24,000 nucleotides of DNA from Allocoprobacillus halotolerans (GCF_024399475.1 NZ_CP101620.1:701608-725607), one strand, 5' to 3'. Shown: positions 7,258 to 16,343, counted from the stretch's first letter. Program-made: numbers and translations. The notes: generated by a model not told the origin, from the sequence alone.

Positions 7258-8238
7258 ATGAAAGTAAGTTTTTTTAGTGTCAGAGATGATGAAATAGATT
7301 ATATTCATCAATATGCCAAGAAATATGATATTGAAATTGACATTCACCGTGATGCTTTGACTCTTGATAATGTTGATTTATGTCAAGGGAGTCAAGCCAT
7401 CAGTATTATGACAACAAAAACAGATGAAGCGATTATAAAAAAATTAAGCGATTACCAAGTTGTTTACATTTCAACAAGAACAATCGGTTTTGACCATATT
7501 GATTTGATGGCTTGTGAAAAATATGGTATTCATGTTGGAAATGTAAGTTATTCACTTGCAAGTGTTGCTGAATATACAGTTATGATGATTTTAATGGCAT
7601 TAAGAAATATGAAATTGATTGTAGAACGTTTTGCGAGTCAGGATTTTAGTTTAAATCGTATTCGTGGGAAAGAATTAACACATTTAACAGTAGGAATTAT
7701 TGGAACAGGGAAAATTGGTCAAGAAGTGATTCGCTATTTATCTGGTTTTTCATGTCATATTATAGCTTATGATCGCTATCCACAAGAAAGTCTTAAAGAT
7801 GATGTTGAATATGTGGATTTAGAAACATTATGGAAACGTAGTGACGTGATTAGTTTACATGCGCCTAGCATGGAAAGTACATATCATATGATTAATAAAG
7901 ACAGCATTCAAAAGATGAAGGATGGTGTTGTGATTATCAATACTGCAAGAGGTTCTTTAATTGATACTGACGATTTAATTGTTGGCATTGAAAATCAAAA
8001 AATTGGTTATGCAGCTTTAGATGTTGTAGAAAACGAATCACATCTTTATTATCAAGAATATAAAAATGAAGTCATCAATCATCATCAACTCGCTATCTTA
8101 CGTTCATTCCCTAATGTTTTACTAACACCTCATACTGCTTTCTTTACACATCAGGCAGTCAGTGATATGGTTGAATATTCAATCATAAGTGCCAAAGCAA
8201 CTTATGAACATCAAGAAAACCCATGGTTAATTTTATAA
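7258..8238 (+). CDS. D-isomer-specific 2-hydroxyacid dehydrogenase (D-lactate dehydrogenase-like)
   Basis: GIIGTGKIGQEV NAD-binding loop, catalytic triad context NTARGSLID / ALDVVENE / LTPHTAFFT. GGAGGA SD, and TATAAT at 7228-7233 upstream. Confidence 0.85.
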   Translation: MKVSFFSVRDDEIDYIHQYAKKYDIEIDIHRDALTLDNVDLCQGSQAISIMTTKTDEAIIKKLSDYQVVYISTRTIGFDHIDLMACEKYGIHVGNVSYSLASVAEYTVMMILMALRNMKLIVERFASQDFSLNRIRGKELTHLTVGIIGTGKIGQEVIRYLSGFSCHIIAYDRYPQESLKDDVEYVDLETLWKRSDVISLHAPSMESTYHMINKDSIQKMKDGVVIINTARGSLIDTDDLIVGIENQKIGYAALDVVENESHLYYQEYKNEVINHHQLAILRSFPNVLLTPHTAFFTHQAVSDMVEYSIISAKATYEHQENPWLIL

Positions 8239-8242
8239 AACA

Positions 8243-8268
8243 AAAAGATGGACAATATCCATCTTTTT
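8243..8268. terminator. Bidirectional rho-independent terminator between the dehydrogenase and the RDD gene
   Basis: Stem AGATGGA (8246-8252) / TCCATCT (8258-8264), loop CAATA, flanked by an A-run and a T-run. Confidence 0.7.
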
Positions 8269-8271
8269 ATT

Positions 8272-8934
8272 TTATGCATTATTTATGGCGTTTTTTATGT
8301 CTTGGTTTACTTTTTTAACAATAGGTACTTGTTCTGGTTCATCCCATAAAGCCACTCTTGTTTTCGCTAAATAATCATGAAGTGCACGTTTTGAAGGTGT
8401 ATTATAAACAATAACCCCTGAAATCATTGTAATGAGTCCACCAATAGCTGTTAAATAGTATTCAAAATAAAATCCTGTAGCAAGAGTAAGCATTTGTCTG
8501 AGATAACGACTCACAACAACAGAAACGCCTTCCAATAGAATCAAACCTACAAGATGTCTCATCACCAATGTTTTGATATCCAATGGTTCTCCATCCACTC
8601 TGACAATTTTTAACTTCATTATATGTTTTCCTAACGTTTGTCCTGGATAAACTTTATAAGGAATATAAATATAATAAATCAATGCGACAATAAGGCATAG
8701 AATTCCTGCTAAATAGCTCCAGCCCTGCGAAAATCCTAAAGATGGGAAAACATATAAATCACTAAACATATCACTACGATCAGTAACCAAGCCATAAATC
8801 ACAACAGCGGGTAAACCACAAATAATTCCCCCAATTGCCCAATCTAAAGCATAGGCAATCACACGTGTTGTAAATGTGACACGAGAGGGCTTTCTATCTA
8901 CCCAACGTGTTAATTTTTTCCATAATTTATGCAT
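8272..8934 (-). CDS. RDD-family integral membrane protein
   Basis: RVIAYALDWAIGG...GQTLGKHIMKLKIV...RALHDYLAKTRV is the RDD-domain pattern. ATG 8934 with an AGGAGG SD that overlaps the patB-like stop. Last gene of the long operon. Confidence 0.75.
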   Translation of the reverse strand: MHKLWKKLTRWVDRKPSRVTFTTRVIAYALDWAIGGIICGLPAVVIYGLVTDRSDMFSDLYVFPSLGFSQGWSYLAGILCLIVALIYYIYIPYKVYPGQTLGKHIMKLKIVRVDGEPLDIKTLVMRHLVGLILLEGVSVVVSRYLRQMLTLATGFYFEYYLTAIGGLITMISGVIVYNTPSKRALHDYLAKTRVALWDEPEQVPIVKKVNQDIKNAINNA

Positions 8935-8948
8935 AAAATTCAATCCTC

Positions 8949-10130
8949 CTATTTTTGATATAAACTATCCATAGCTTTTTTAAAGCGTTTTAATCCTTCT
9001 TCCAATTTAGAACGTGGACAACCTAGATTCATACGTAAATATTTTTGTCCATTTTCACCATAGGTTTCCCCTTTCATAATAGCGACGCCACCAATGTTGA
9101 CTAATGCATCTTGAATTTGCTCACTTGTAAATGGTACATTTCTACCATCTATCCAAGCTAAATATGTTGCTTCTGGTCTTTGAAAACGAAAATCAGGTAA
9201 TTCTTCTTTGATAAAATCTTCAACAAGTTTCATATTTTGTTTAATATATTCATTTAACTGATCAATGTAATCATCACATTGCGTATATCCAATCATTGTT
9301 GCATACATCCCAAAAATACTTGCTGAATTAAGAAAATCTCTTTTTCTTGTCACTTTCAAAAATTCATCTCTTATGTCATGATTAGGAATCATGACATAAG
9401 ATCCAATCAATCCCGGTGTATTCAATGTTTTACTTGAAGAACTGGCAGTGTAAAGTTCATCATATAAATCAAGATATGATAATAATGGATGATGTTTTGT
9501 TTCTTTGATTTGAATATCCATATGAATTTCATCAGAAATGATTTTGACATGATATTTTTTGCATAATTCTATCATTTTTCGCATTTCATCGTCATGCCAA
9601 ATGCGCCCTGTTGGATTATGTGGTGAACACAACAACAATATCGAACATTCTTGTAACTGTTTTTCAAATACTTCAAAATCAATCACAAAACTATCATGGT
9701 CATGAACCAAATGATGTGAAACTAATTCTCTATCATTATCTTCTATGACTGAAAAGAATGCATCATACATAGGATTCATTGTTAAAACTTTATCTTGAGG
9801 TTTAGATAAAAGACGAATCAACAATGATACGGAATACATTACACTAGGACTATATAAAATCCAATCTTCTTCAATATGTGTATCAAAACGTCTTTGATAA
9901 TAACTTGCAATAGAAGATTTATAATCATGATGATTCCATCTGGTATATCCATAAATTTGATGATTAGCCACTTCATGAATTTTTTCAGTAATTGGCTTTG
10001 GAATAATAAAATCCGTGTCTGAAATTGAAAATGGAATTAAATCTTTTTTATGAAAACGATCTTCAATATAGTCCCATTGTGTACAATAAGTTCCTAAACG
10101 ATTATGAACTTCATCAAAATTATACTGCAT
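8949..10130 (-). CDS. patB: MalY/PatB-family PLP-dependent C-S lyase (cystathionine beta-lyase-type aminotransferase fold)
   Basis: MQYNFDEVHNRLGTYCTQWDY is the typical MalY/PatB N-terminus. SPHNPTGRIW, PLP-lysine context SSSKTLNTPG, RMNLGCPR. The start abuts the upstream stop (TAGATG). Confidence 0.85.
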   Translation of the reverse strand: MQYNFDEVHNRLGTYCTQWDYIEDRFHKKDLIPFSISDTDFIIPKPITEKIHEVANHQIYGYTRWNHHDYKSSIASYYQRRFDTHIEEDWILYSPSVMYSVSLLIRLLSKPQDKVLTMNPMYDAFFSVIEDNDRELVSHHLVHDHDSFVIDFEVFEKQLQECSILLLCSPHNPTGRIWHDDEMRKMIELCKKYHVKIISDEIHMDIQIKETKHHPLLSYLDLYDELYTASSSSKTLNTPGLIGSYVMIPNHDIRDEFLKVTRKRDFLNSASIFGMYATMIGYTQCDDYIDQLNEYIKQNMKLVEDFIKEELPDFRFQRPEATYLAWIDGRNVPFTSEQIQDALVNIGGVAIMKGETYGENGQKYLRMNLGCPRSKLEEGLKRFKKAMDSLYQK

Positions 10131-11219
10131 CTATTTTTCCTCCAAAATTATATAATCTTTTGTTGTTTGATTAAGTGGTACACCCTTACCATCCATAATC
10201 ACAACATCATCTTCAATACGAATTCCCCCAACACCTGGTACATAAACACCAGGTTCACATGACATCATCATATGTTCCTGTAAAATTGTCTGACTTTGTG
10301 AATTTAAAATAGGTCCTTCGCCATCTTCTCCTATACCTAAGCCATGTCCTAAACCATGTGTAAAATACTCACCATATCCAGCTGCTTCAATCACATCTCT
10401 TGCTGCTTTATCAACATCACAAGCTTTCACATCTGCTTGAATAGCTGATAAACCTGCTAATTGAGCTTTTAAAACAACATCATAGATTTCCTTAATTTGT
10501 GGTTCAGGTTCACCAATAAAGCAAACACGTGTCATATCTGATTGATAATTTTCATATTGAATTCCAAAATCAATCATAATCGGTTCATGTTTTTGAACGC
10601 ATCTTGATGTAGGTCGTCCATGTGGTAAAGCTGTTCGTGGTCCCGATGCAACAATTGTATCAAATGACATCTGCTGAGCACCTGCCTTAATAGAATAGTA
10701 ATGCACTAATGCACTGATTTCATATTCACTCATACCAACACGTATTTGCGAAATCACTTTTTGATAAATATCATCTGTTATTTGAATCACTTTTTTCATA
10801 GCCTCAATTTCTTCATCATCTTTGACAATTCTTAAATTGACAATATCTTCATCTAACAAATGAATATCAACCCCTAATTGACTGACTGCCTGATATTCTT
10901 TGACAAGCATTTGACTTGCTTCAACGCCCATGCTTTGACATTGATTTTCTTTTAATAACTGTTCAACTGTACCTAAATAATTTTTTCCTGTTAAATGAGG
11001 ATTATGTAAAACTATTGTTAAATCATGTTCCTTTTCCTTAGCTTCAGTGATATATCTTCCATCAACAATCAAATAGCCTTGATTTTTTGTAATCAAGATT
11101 TGACATCCACTTCCTGTTAAAGTAGACATCCATTTCTTTAATGTTTTACTTTTTATTAATAATGCATCTATATTCTTTTCTTGTAAGAATTGTTGAACTT
11201 TATCAATTCTTTTTGCCAT
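10131..11219 (-). CDS. M24B-family Xaa-Pro aminopeptidase/dipeptidase
   Basis: Creatinase-like N-domain plus pita-bread domain. Metal ligand contexts IMIDFG, QSDMTRV, HGLGHGLG, SCEPGVY, GIRIEDD. Start at ATG 11219 (MAKRIDKVQQFL) with a GAGGTG SD, not the track start 11267. Confidence 0.85.
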   Translation of the reverse strand: MAKRIDKVQQFLQEKNIDALLIKSKTLKKWMSTLTGSGCQILITKNQGYLIVDGRYITEAKEKEHDLTIVLHNPHLTGKNYLGTVEQLLKENQCQSMGVEASQMLVKEYQAVSQLGVDIHLLDEDIVNLRIVKDDEEIEAMKKVIQITDDIYQKVISQIRVGMSEYEISALVHYYSIKAGAQQMSFDTIVASGPRTALPHGRPTSRCVQKHEPIMIDFGIQYENYQSDMTRVCFIGEPEPQIKEIYDVVLKAQLAGLSAIQADVKACDVDKAARDVIEAAGYGEYFTHGLGHGLGIGEDGEGPILNSQSQTILQEHMMMSCEPGVYVPGVGGIRIEDDVVIMDGKGVPLNQTTKDYIILEEK

Positions 11220-11240
11220 TTTCATCACCTCATTATATAC

Positions 11241-11264
11241 AAAAGGCAAGCATATTAGCTTGCC
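11241..11264 (-). terminator. Intra-operon terminator-like hairpin between PTS IIC and the M24 peptidase gene
   Basis: On the minus strand: GGCAAGC-TAATAT-GCTTGCC followed by TTTTGT. 7-bp GC-rich stem. Confidence 0.5.
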
Positions 11265-11270
11265 CATCCA

Positions 11271-12590
11271 TTAAAAGTCTAAATCTAAATCTTCTAAGAT
11301 TTTAGCATCTTCTTCAGACATTGTTGATGTTGGTTTATCTGGTTCTTTTTGACCATAACGTCTTTCATATATCTTAAAGAATGGATACCAAATCAATATC
11401 GAAGCAAGCATTTGAACTGCGTTGACTACAATTGACATTACATCTAAGTTTGTTAAATATCCTTCTAAGAATACCCCAACATAAGGCGGTGTATATATCG
11501 ATTTTGCCATAATTCCTAAATACATAGCCCAAGCTCCAAAGCTTCCAATAATTCCACCAAAGATAACATATGGAATAAAGAAGATCGGGTTCAAGACAAT
11601 TGGTGCCCCAAATAAGATTGGTTCATTAATACCAAATAATGCAGGAATTAATGCCACACGACCAATTTGTTTTAATGCTTTATTCTTAGATAATAAGCAC
11701 CAGAAGACAAGACCAATTGTAACCCCTGTTCCTGTAAAGTTACCAAATGCTGATTCAGGTCCTGGACAGAAGAAATGTGGTAATGCTAAACTAGCTTGTT
11801 GAGCTGCTACATTTTCTGCTAAGAACTGCGTTGAAATAGGACTTGTAATTGGACTTAATACTGATGGATGAATACCAAAGAAGAACAATAAACATTGTAA
11901 CATTCTTAAGAATGTATATGCAAATGGATTATCCATAGAACCAACTAATGGTGCCAATAAGTTTGTAAAGATAAGTGGTGGCATTGTATTGAAAACATTG
12001 ACACATACAATACGTACAATTAAGAAGAACCCAATAATGATTACTGAAATTGGAATCATTTCAAAAGAACGTGATACAAAATCAGGTACTGATTCAGGCA
12101 TCTTAATTGTAAAATGTTTCTTCTTACACCAACGGAATAGTTCTACTGCAATAATAGCTGCAAACATTGAAGCAAACAATCCTTTTGGTCCAAAGAATGT
12201 TGTATTAATTCCACCATCTTCAGTATATTGAACAGCCATCATTAAATAGGCAATCATAGCCATACTAATAGAACCAGGAACATCCTGTTTATAAGAGTTA
12301 GCTAAATGATAAGCAATAAATGCAGTGACATATACTGACATCAAAGCCATCCCAACATTGTAAGGAATATAAATAATGTCTAGGTTATTAAGAATCCAAA
12401 CTGAAACAGGATGACTTTCCCCTATCATATTTGGAATCGCTTCCGGAATCAAACAGAAACTACCAATAATCAATAATGGTGTTAAAGCAACCATTGATTT
12501 TTTAATTGCACTTAAGTGTACTTGTTTATCCATCTTATTAGCAAGTGGAGTTAAGTACTTTGTCATAAATGATTCAAATGCATTAAACAT
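11271..12590 (-). CDS. PTS EIIC permease, lactose/cellobiose (Lac) family
   Basis: 439-aa polytopic protein. The N-terminus MFNAFESFMTKYLTPLANKMDKQVHLSAIKKSM and overall pattern are typical of CelB/LicC-type IIC. GGGGAGG SD. Confidence 0.9.
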   Translation of the reverse strand: MFNAFESFMTKYLTPLANKMDKQVHLSAIKKSMVALTPLLIIGSFCLIPEAIPNMIGESHPVSVWILNNLDIIYIPYNVGMALMSVYVTAFIAYHLANSYKQDVPGSISMAMIAYLMMAVQYTEDGGINTTFFGPKGLFASMFAAIIAVELFRWCKKKHFTIKMPESVPDFVSRSFEMIPISVIIIGFFLIVRIVCVNVFNTMPPLIFTNLLAPLVGSMDNPFAYTFLRMLQCLLFFFGIHPSVLSPITSPISTQFLAENVAAQQASLALPHFFCPGPESAFGNFTGTGVTIGLVFWCLLSKNKALKQIGRVALIPALFGINEPILFGAPIVLNPIFFIPYVIFGGIIGSFGAWAMYLGIMAKSIYTPPYVGVFLEGYLTNLDVMSIVVNAVQMLASILIWYPFFKIYERRYGQKEPDKPTSTMSEEDAKILEDLDLDF

Positions 12591-12609
12591 TTTTTAAAAA
12601 CCTCCCCTT

Positions 12610-12942
12610 TTATTTGTTTAAATCTGCTTTTCTACGAGCAACCAATGCCTGTTTCATAACAGTTGCTCCATCCATTTTTCCATATGTATCTTGATCAACA
12701 ATGACATAAGGAATTTTGTATGGATCAATAATTGGTTTAATGTAGTCAAGTTTGTGAGCAATTTGTGGTCCAATCACTAAAACATCACAATCTTCTACTT
12801 CACTTTGTAGAATGTCTACAGGAATCGCAATGAATTTAAAATCAGCTTCATTTAATTTTGCACTGTTTTTCACAGTTGCTTTCATGCTATCCATTAACAT
12901 TGTTGTAGAAAAACCACCTGCACAACATAAAACAATTTTCAT
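12610..12942 (-). CDS. PTS EIIB, lactose/cellobiose family
   Basis: MKIVLCCAGGFSTTML carries the active-site Cys. AAGGAGGG SD. Start at ATG 12942, not 12972. Confidence 0.9.
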   Translation of the reverse strand: MKIVLCCAGGFSTTMLMDSMKATVKNSAKLNEADFKFIAIPVDILQSEVEDCDVLVIGPQIAHKLDYIKPIIDPYKIPYVIVDQDTYGKMDGATVMKQALVARRKADLNK

Positions 12943-12943
12943 C

Positions 12944-13264
12944 TTATTTTCCCTCCTTTTCTTCAAATACATTTATTAATTCTTCAATTAGATCACGTGC
13001 TAATTGAGATGTCATATAATGATCCTGTGCATGAACCATTAATAACCCAACTTCTGGCTTATCCCCTTCGCCACTCATTTCTGCCTGGATAAGCTTTGTT
13101 TGAATCGTATGAGCCTGAACATCAGCTTCCCTTGCTTCATCAAGTAATTGTCTTGCTTGTTCATACTCACCTGTTCTGACTTTCTTCAAAGCTTCAAATG
13201 CTTTAGCTTTACTTTGTCCTGCTGAAGAAATCATTCCAATAATACTTTTTTCCATTTCAGTCAT
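12944..13264 (-). CDS. PTS EIIA, lactose/cellobiose family
   Basis: MTEMEKSIIGMISSAGQSKAKAFEAL...LLMVHAQDHYMTS contains the conserved HAQDH phospho-His context. GGGAGG SD. Start ATG 13264 overlaps the M42 stop (ATGACTGA). Confidence 0.9.
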   Translation of the reverse strand: MTEMEKSIIGMISSAGQSKAKAFEALKKVRTGEYEQARQLLDEAREADVQAHTIQTKLIQAEMSGEGDKPEVGLLMVHAQDHYMTSQLARDLIEELINVFEEKEGK

Positions 13265-14309
13265 TTTCGTTTTCCTCCCAAAAATTTTTGATTGCTGATA
13301 ACTCCTCACCACTCATTTTTATCAATTCAAGTGTTAAGTGAATCAAATTTTCCAAATCATCACTATGCACCATTGAATAAGACCCATGACAATAACGAAG
13401 TGGAATACCTAATACCATTGCCAGACGCCCTCCTGCTTCTAAATGTGCATTGCCAGCATCTGTTCCACCTCCACTTAACATGTCATCCTGATAAGGAATA
13501 TTATGTTTTTCCGCAATATCTTTTACATATTTTACTAATTTTGTATTAGGTACTAACGTTTTATCATAATGAACAATCATTGGACCATGTCCAATCAAAC
13601 GATGATTTGTATAATTTCTAACCAATTCTGGATTATTGGCTACATCTACTGCAAAAAAGACATCAGGTTGTATCAGATGAGTTGCTGTTTTAGAACCTCT
13701 TACACCTACTTCTTCACTGCTTGTTAATGCAAAATATACATCATTATCTTGATCTTGAAGTTGTTTCATTGCTTCAATCAAAACATAGCAACCACTACGA
13801 TCATCCATAGCTTTTCCCATATAAACCTTTGGCTGAATCTGTTTACAAGTCGATGCAAAGCAAACCATATTTCCAGTTTCTATTCCTAAAGCCTTGACTT
13901 CATCGGCGCTATCACAACCTATATCAACGTACATATCTTTCACTTTTCCATCGCCATCTCTTGTGACATTCAACAACCCTACATATTTACGTCCATCTTC
14001 TGTTGTCACCCTGACAATTTGCATTTCTTTGCTTTTGTCAATAACACCACCAAGAGCAATTAAATAAAGGAAACCAATATCTGAAATATATCTCACCACA
14101 AATCCAACTTCATCCATATGAGCACTCAACATAATCTTTAAAGGATTTTGTCCTTTTCCTTTTTTATGAAAAATAACACTTCCCAATGGATCACAAATAA
14201 TTTCATCACTATATTCTTTTAACTCTTTATAAGCAATTCTTCTGATTTCATCTTCATGTGATGCCACACTATCTCCTTGAGATAATTGTTTCAACAAATC
14301 ACTATTCAT
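13257..14309 (-). CDS. M42-family metallo-aminopeptidase (FrvX/CelM/YpdE-like, often annotated as endoglucanase-like)
   Basis: All M42 metal-ligand contexts are present: SAHMDEVGF, AMDDRSG, SSEEVGVRG, FAVDVAN, RYCHGSYS. ATG 14309 with an AGGAGG SD. 8-nt overlap with the regulator's stop. Confidence 0.85.
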   Translation of the reverse strand: MNSDLLKQLSQGDSVASHEDEIRRIAYKELKEYSDEIICDPLGSVIFHKKGKGQNPLKIMLSAHMDEVGFVVRYISDIGFLYLIALGGVIDKSKEMQIVRVTTEDGRKYVGLLNVTRDGDGKVKDMYVDIGCDSADEVKALGIETGNMVCFASTCKQIQPKVYMGKAMDDRSGCYVLIEAMKQLQDQDNDVYFALTSSEEVGVRGSKTATHLIQPDVFFAVDVANNPELVRNYTNHRLIGHGPMIVHYDKTLVPNTKLVKYVKDIAEKHNIPYQDDMLSGGGTDAGNAHLEAGGRLAMVLGIPLRYCHGSYSMVHSDDLENLIHLTLELIKMSGEELSAIKNFWEENEND

Positions 14310-16203
14310 GATAATCACCTCCTAATTTTTTCATAACTAGCATCATATCTTCAAATGACTTTTCTTTAATCATTCGATTTAAATATCTATTTTCATGCAT
14401 TAAGTGATATAACTTTCTGGTAATTGTTTTATACATTTCAATGTGTTCTTTCTTTAAACAAATCATAAAAACAATTTTGACTTCTTTTTCATTCCATATA
14501 AATGGTTTTTTCAAAATACTTACTGAAATCATATTCTTTAAAGCATCTGTTTCAATAGGATGGGGTATACACACACCATTTTTATAAATCGTACTGACAT
14601 AAGATTCTCTTTGTAAAACCATTTGAGTATATCCCTTTTTGCCATATCCTTGATTTTCTAATTCTTCTGCCATCGTTTGAATTAAATGTTCATAATTATC
14701 ATCATCAACAACCTTAAAGAATTCTTTGGAAAAGAAAGAATAATACAGAGGATTTTCATTCATTACAGCCCAAGCATCATAATCATCCATCTGTAAAACT
14801 TGTTTAATTCTTAACAAATCATTATCTTTCAATAATTCTTTAATATAAATAATAGGGACTTGTATTTCTAACGAAAGAGGCATAACCGTAAAAATCAAAT
14901 CAGGTTGATAAGTTTCTAAATCTTTTTGTGCCAGAAATGAAAATGTCTGAACTTCAGCATTTGGAAACAATGATTCGATTTGCATTTTAATCATATAGGC
15001 ACTGCCACCACCTGATGAACAAACCACACCAATACGATCAAATGATTGTAATTTATCTTGTTTTTCTTTTTCCATATGTCCAGCAAAATGCATAGCCACA
15101 AAACCAATTTCATCAAAACTTGATTGTACATTGTACTTTTCTTGAAGCATTTCACAAAATTGAATACCTATATTAAATATCATTGGATATGTAATACTTA
15201 ACTCATTAGCGAGTTCATTTTTATATGAAATCTTATTACGTAAACGATCAACAAGCAATGTAACATGGGTAAATAACATCTTCTTAAAATCTTCATCTTG
15301 TAAAAATGAAGTTTCATATGTTTGATCTACCTTTTTCAAGAAAATTTCAATATCTTTTTCCAGCTCTTCACTAAAAGCTATATTTTCAACACGAACTCTA
15401 ATATTTTTTGACAAAACATCAATCAATTCTTTAATACTTTCGTCATTGAAACTAATCTGATATTCTTCTTTTAATAAAGTAGCCAACGCTTGAACAACAC
15501 GATGTAATGAGGAATCATCATATGAAAATAAGTCATCTTTTTCTTTTATCATATATGAGCGATAAACCATGACTTTTAAATACTCAACAACATTCATTAA
15601 CTCGTTATAATTCATATTAAGTTTTTCATTTTCTAATAATGAAACAAAATAATCATTGATTGTTTGAAAATCTTTGACAACGTCATTAATAGCTGTTTGA
15701 ACAATAACATTTTGATTTAAATATTCTTCTACCAGATATTTTTTCATATCTTTTTCATCACCATGAAGCCTTATGCCATAATGATGCTTTCTTTCTACAA
15801 CAAAATGATAACCTTTGGCTAATTCTTCAACTTCTTTCATATCGTTTTTAATCACTGTTTTAGAAACTTGAAACATATCTGCAATATTATCCATTGAAAT
15901 ATAGCCATTTTGAATAGATAAATAAGATAAAATATGTGCTGGTCTTTCTCTTGTTGGTACAAAAATATCTTCTTTTAATGTATCTACAAATTCATTAAAT
16001 AATTGTTCATTGGTTATTTCTAAAAGATATCCTTGGCCTCTTTGCATATGTAATGTAAAACCTTTACGTGGTGAAATACGAATAAGATAGGAAAGATCAT
16101 TTTGAATCGTTCTTTTTGAAACATTATATTTATTCATCAGGTCTTCAACAGTGATATAATCATTCTTTTCTTCAAAATCTTTCATGATTAAATATAATCT
16201 CAT
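14302..16203 (-). CDS. PRD-domain transcriptional regulator, LicR/MtlR type (HTH-Mga-PRD-PRD-EIIB-like-EIIA-like)
   Basis: N-terminal HTH YITVEDLMNKYNVSKRTIQNDLSYL. Second HTH/Mga region. PRD histidines (FVAMHFAGH). EIIB-like GVVCSSGGGSAYM. C-terminal EIIA(Mtl/Fru)-like GVCIPHP. SD-supported ATG at 16203. Confidence 0.85.
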   Translation of the reverse strand: MRLYLIMKDFEEKNDYITVEDLMNKYNVSKRTIQNDLSYLIRISPRKGFTLHMQRGQGYLLEITNEQLFNEFVDTLKEDIFVPTRERPAHILSYLSIQNGYISMDNIADMFQVSKTVIKNDMKEVEELAKGYHFVVERKHHYGIRLHGDEKDMKKYLVEEYLNQNVIVQTAINDVVKDFQTINDYFVSLLENEKLNMNYNELMNVVEYLKVMVYRSYMIKEKDDLFSYDDSSLHRVVQALATLLKEEYQISFNDESIKELIDVLSKNIRVRVENIAFSEELEKDIEIFLKKVDQTYETSFLQDEDFKKMLFTHVTLLVDRLRNKISYKNELANELSITYPMIFNIGIQFCEMLQEKYNVQSSFDEIGFVAMHFAGHMEKEKQDKLQSFDRIGVVCSSGGGSAYMIKMQIESLFPNAEVQTFSFLAQKDLETYQPDLIFTVMPLSLEIQVPIIYIKELLKDNDLLRIKQVLQMDDYDAWAVMNENPLYYSFFSKEFFKVVDDDNYEHLIQTMAEELENQGYGKKGYTQMVLQRESYVSTIYKNGVCIPHPIETDALKNMISVSILKKPFIWNEKEVKIVFMICLKKEHIEMYKTITRKLYHLMHENRYLNRMIKEKSFEDMMLVMKKLGGDYHE

Positions 16204-16232
16204 CGTTTCCACCTCACTTTCTTTTCAACCAT

Positions 16233-16240
16233 ATTATACA
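16233..16240 (-). promoter_or_regulatory. -10 box (TGTATAAT) upstream of the LicR-type regulator
   Basis: TATAAT is the reverse complement of 16233-16238, preceded by TG. It lies about 30 nt upstream of ATG 16203. No convincing -35. Confidence 0.4.
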
Positions 16241-16319
16241 AAGATAGCCCTTTCAAGAAAAGGAAACCTTCTTCATCTAAAAATGCAACAAATTATCTGT
16301 TTTTTTGACAATAAAGAAA

Positions 16320-16343
16320 AAGAAGTATTTTCCAACGCTTCTT
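16320..16343 (-). terminator. Weak terminator-like hairpin after the RloB-like gene
   Basis: AAGAAG / CTTCTT 6-bp stem, 12-nt loop, T-rich tail on the minus strand. Confidence 0.3.

Noticed and set aside
7007-7347. Track ORFs 7007-7261 (plus strand) and 7123-7347 (minus strand) spanning the divergent intergenic region
   Set aside because: They overlap the ends of two well-supported genes and the promoter region. Their translations are low-complexity (poly-F/I/K), and no SD is present.
11232-11237. TATAAT box after the intra-operon hairpin, as an internal promoter for the M24/patB/RDD genes
   Set aside because: There is no -35. The box is only 12 nt from the ATG, so a transcript from it would lack the GAGGTG SD. 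It is probably fortuitous in AT-rich DNA.
16209-16220. Identical 12-mer AAAGTGAGGTGG (minus strand) upstream of both the LicR-type gene (16209-16220) and the P-loop/nuclease gene (20048-20059), each preceded by a TATAAT-like box
   Set aside because: The shared part is essentially a strong SD (GAGGTGG) plus A-rich context, and the flanks diverge immediately. This is more likely convergence on optimal translation signals than a repeat marking the islet boundaries. A genome-wide count of the 12-mer would settle it.
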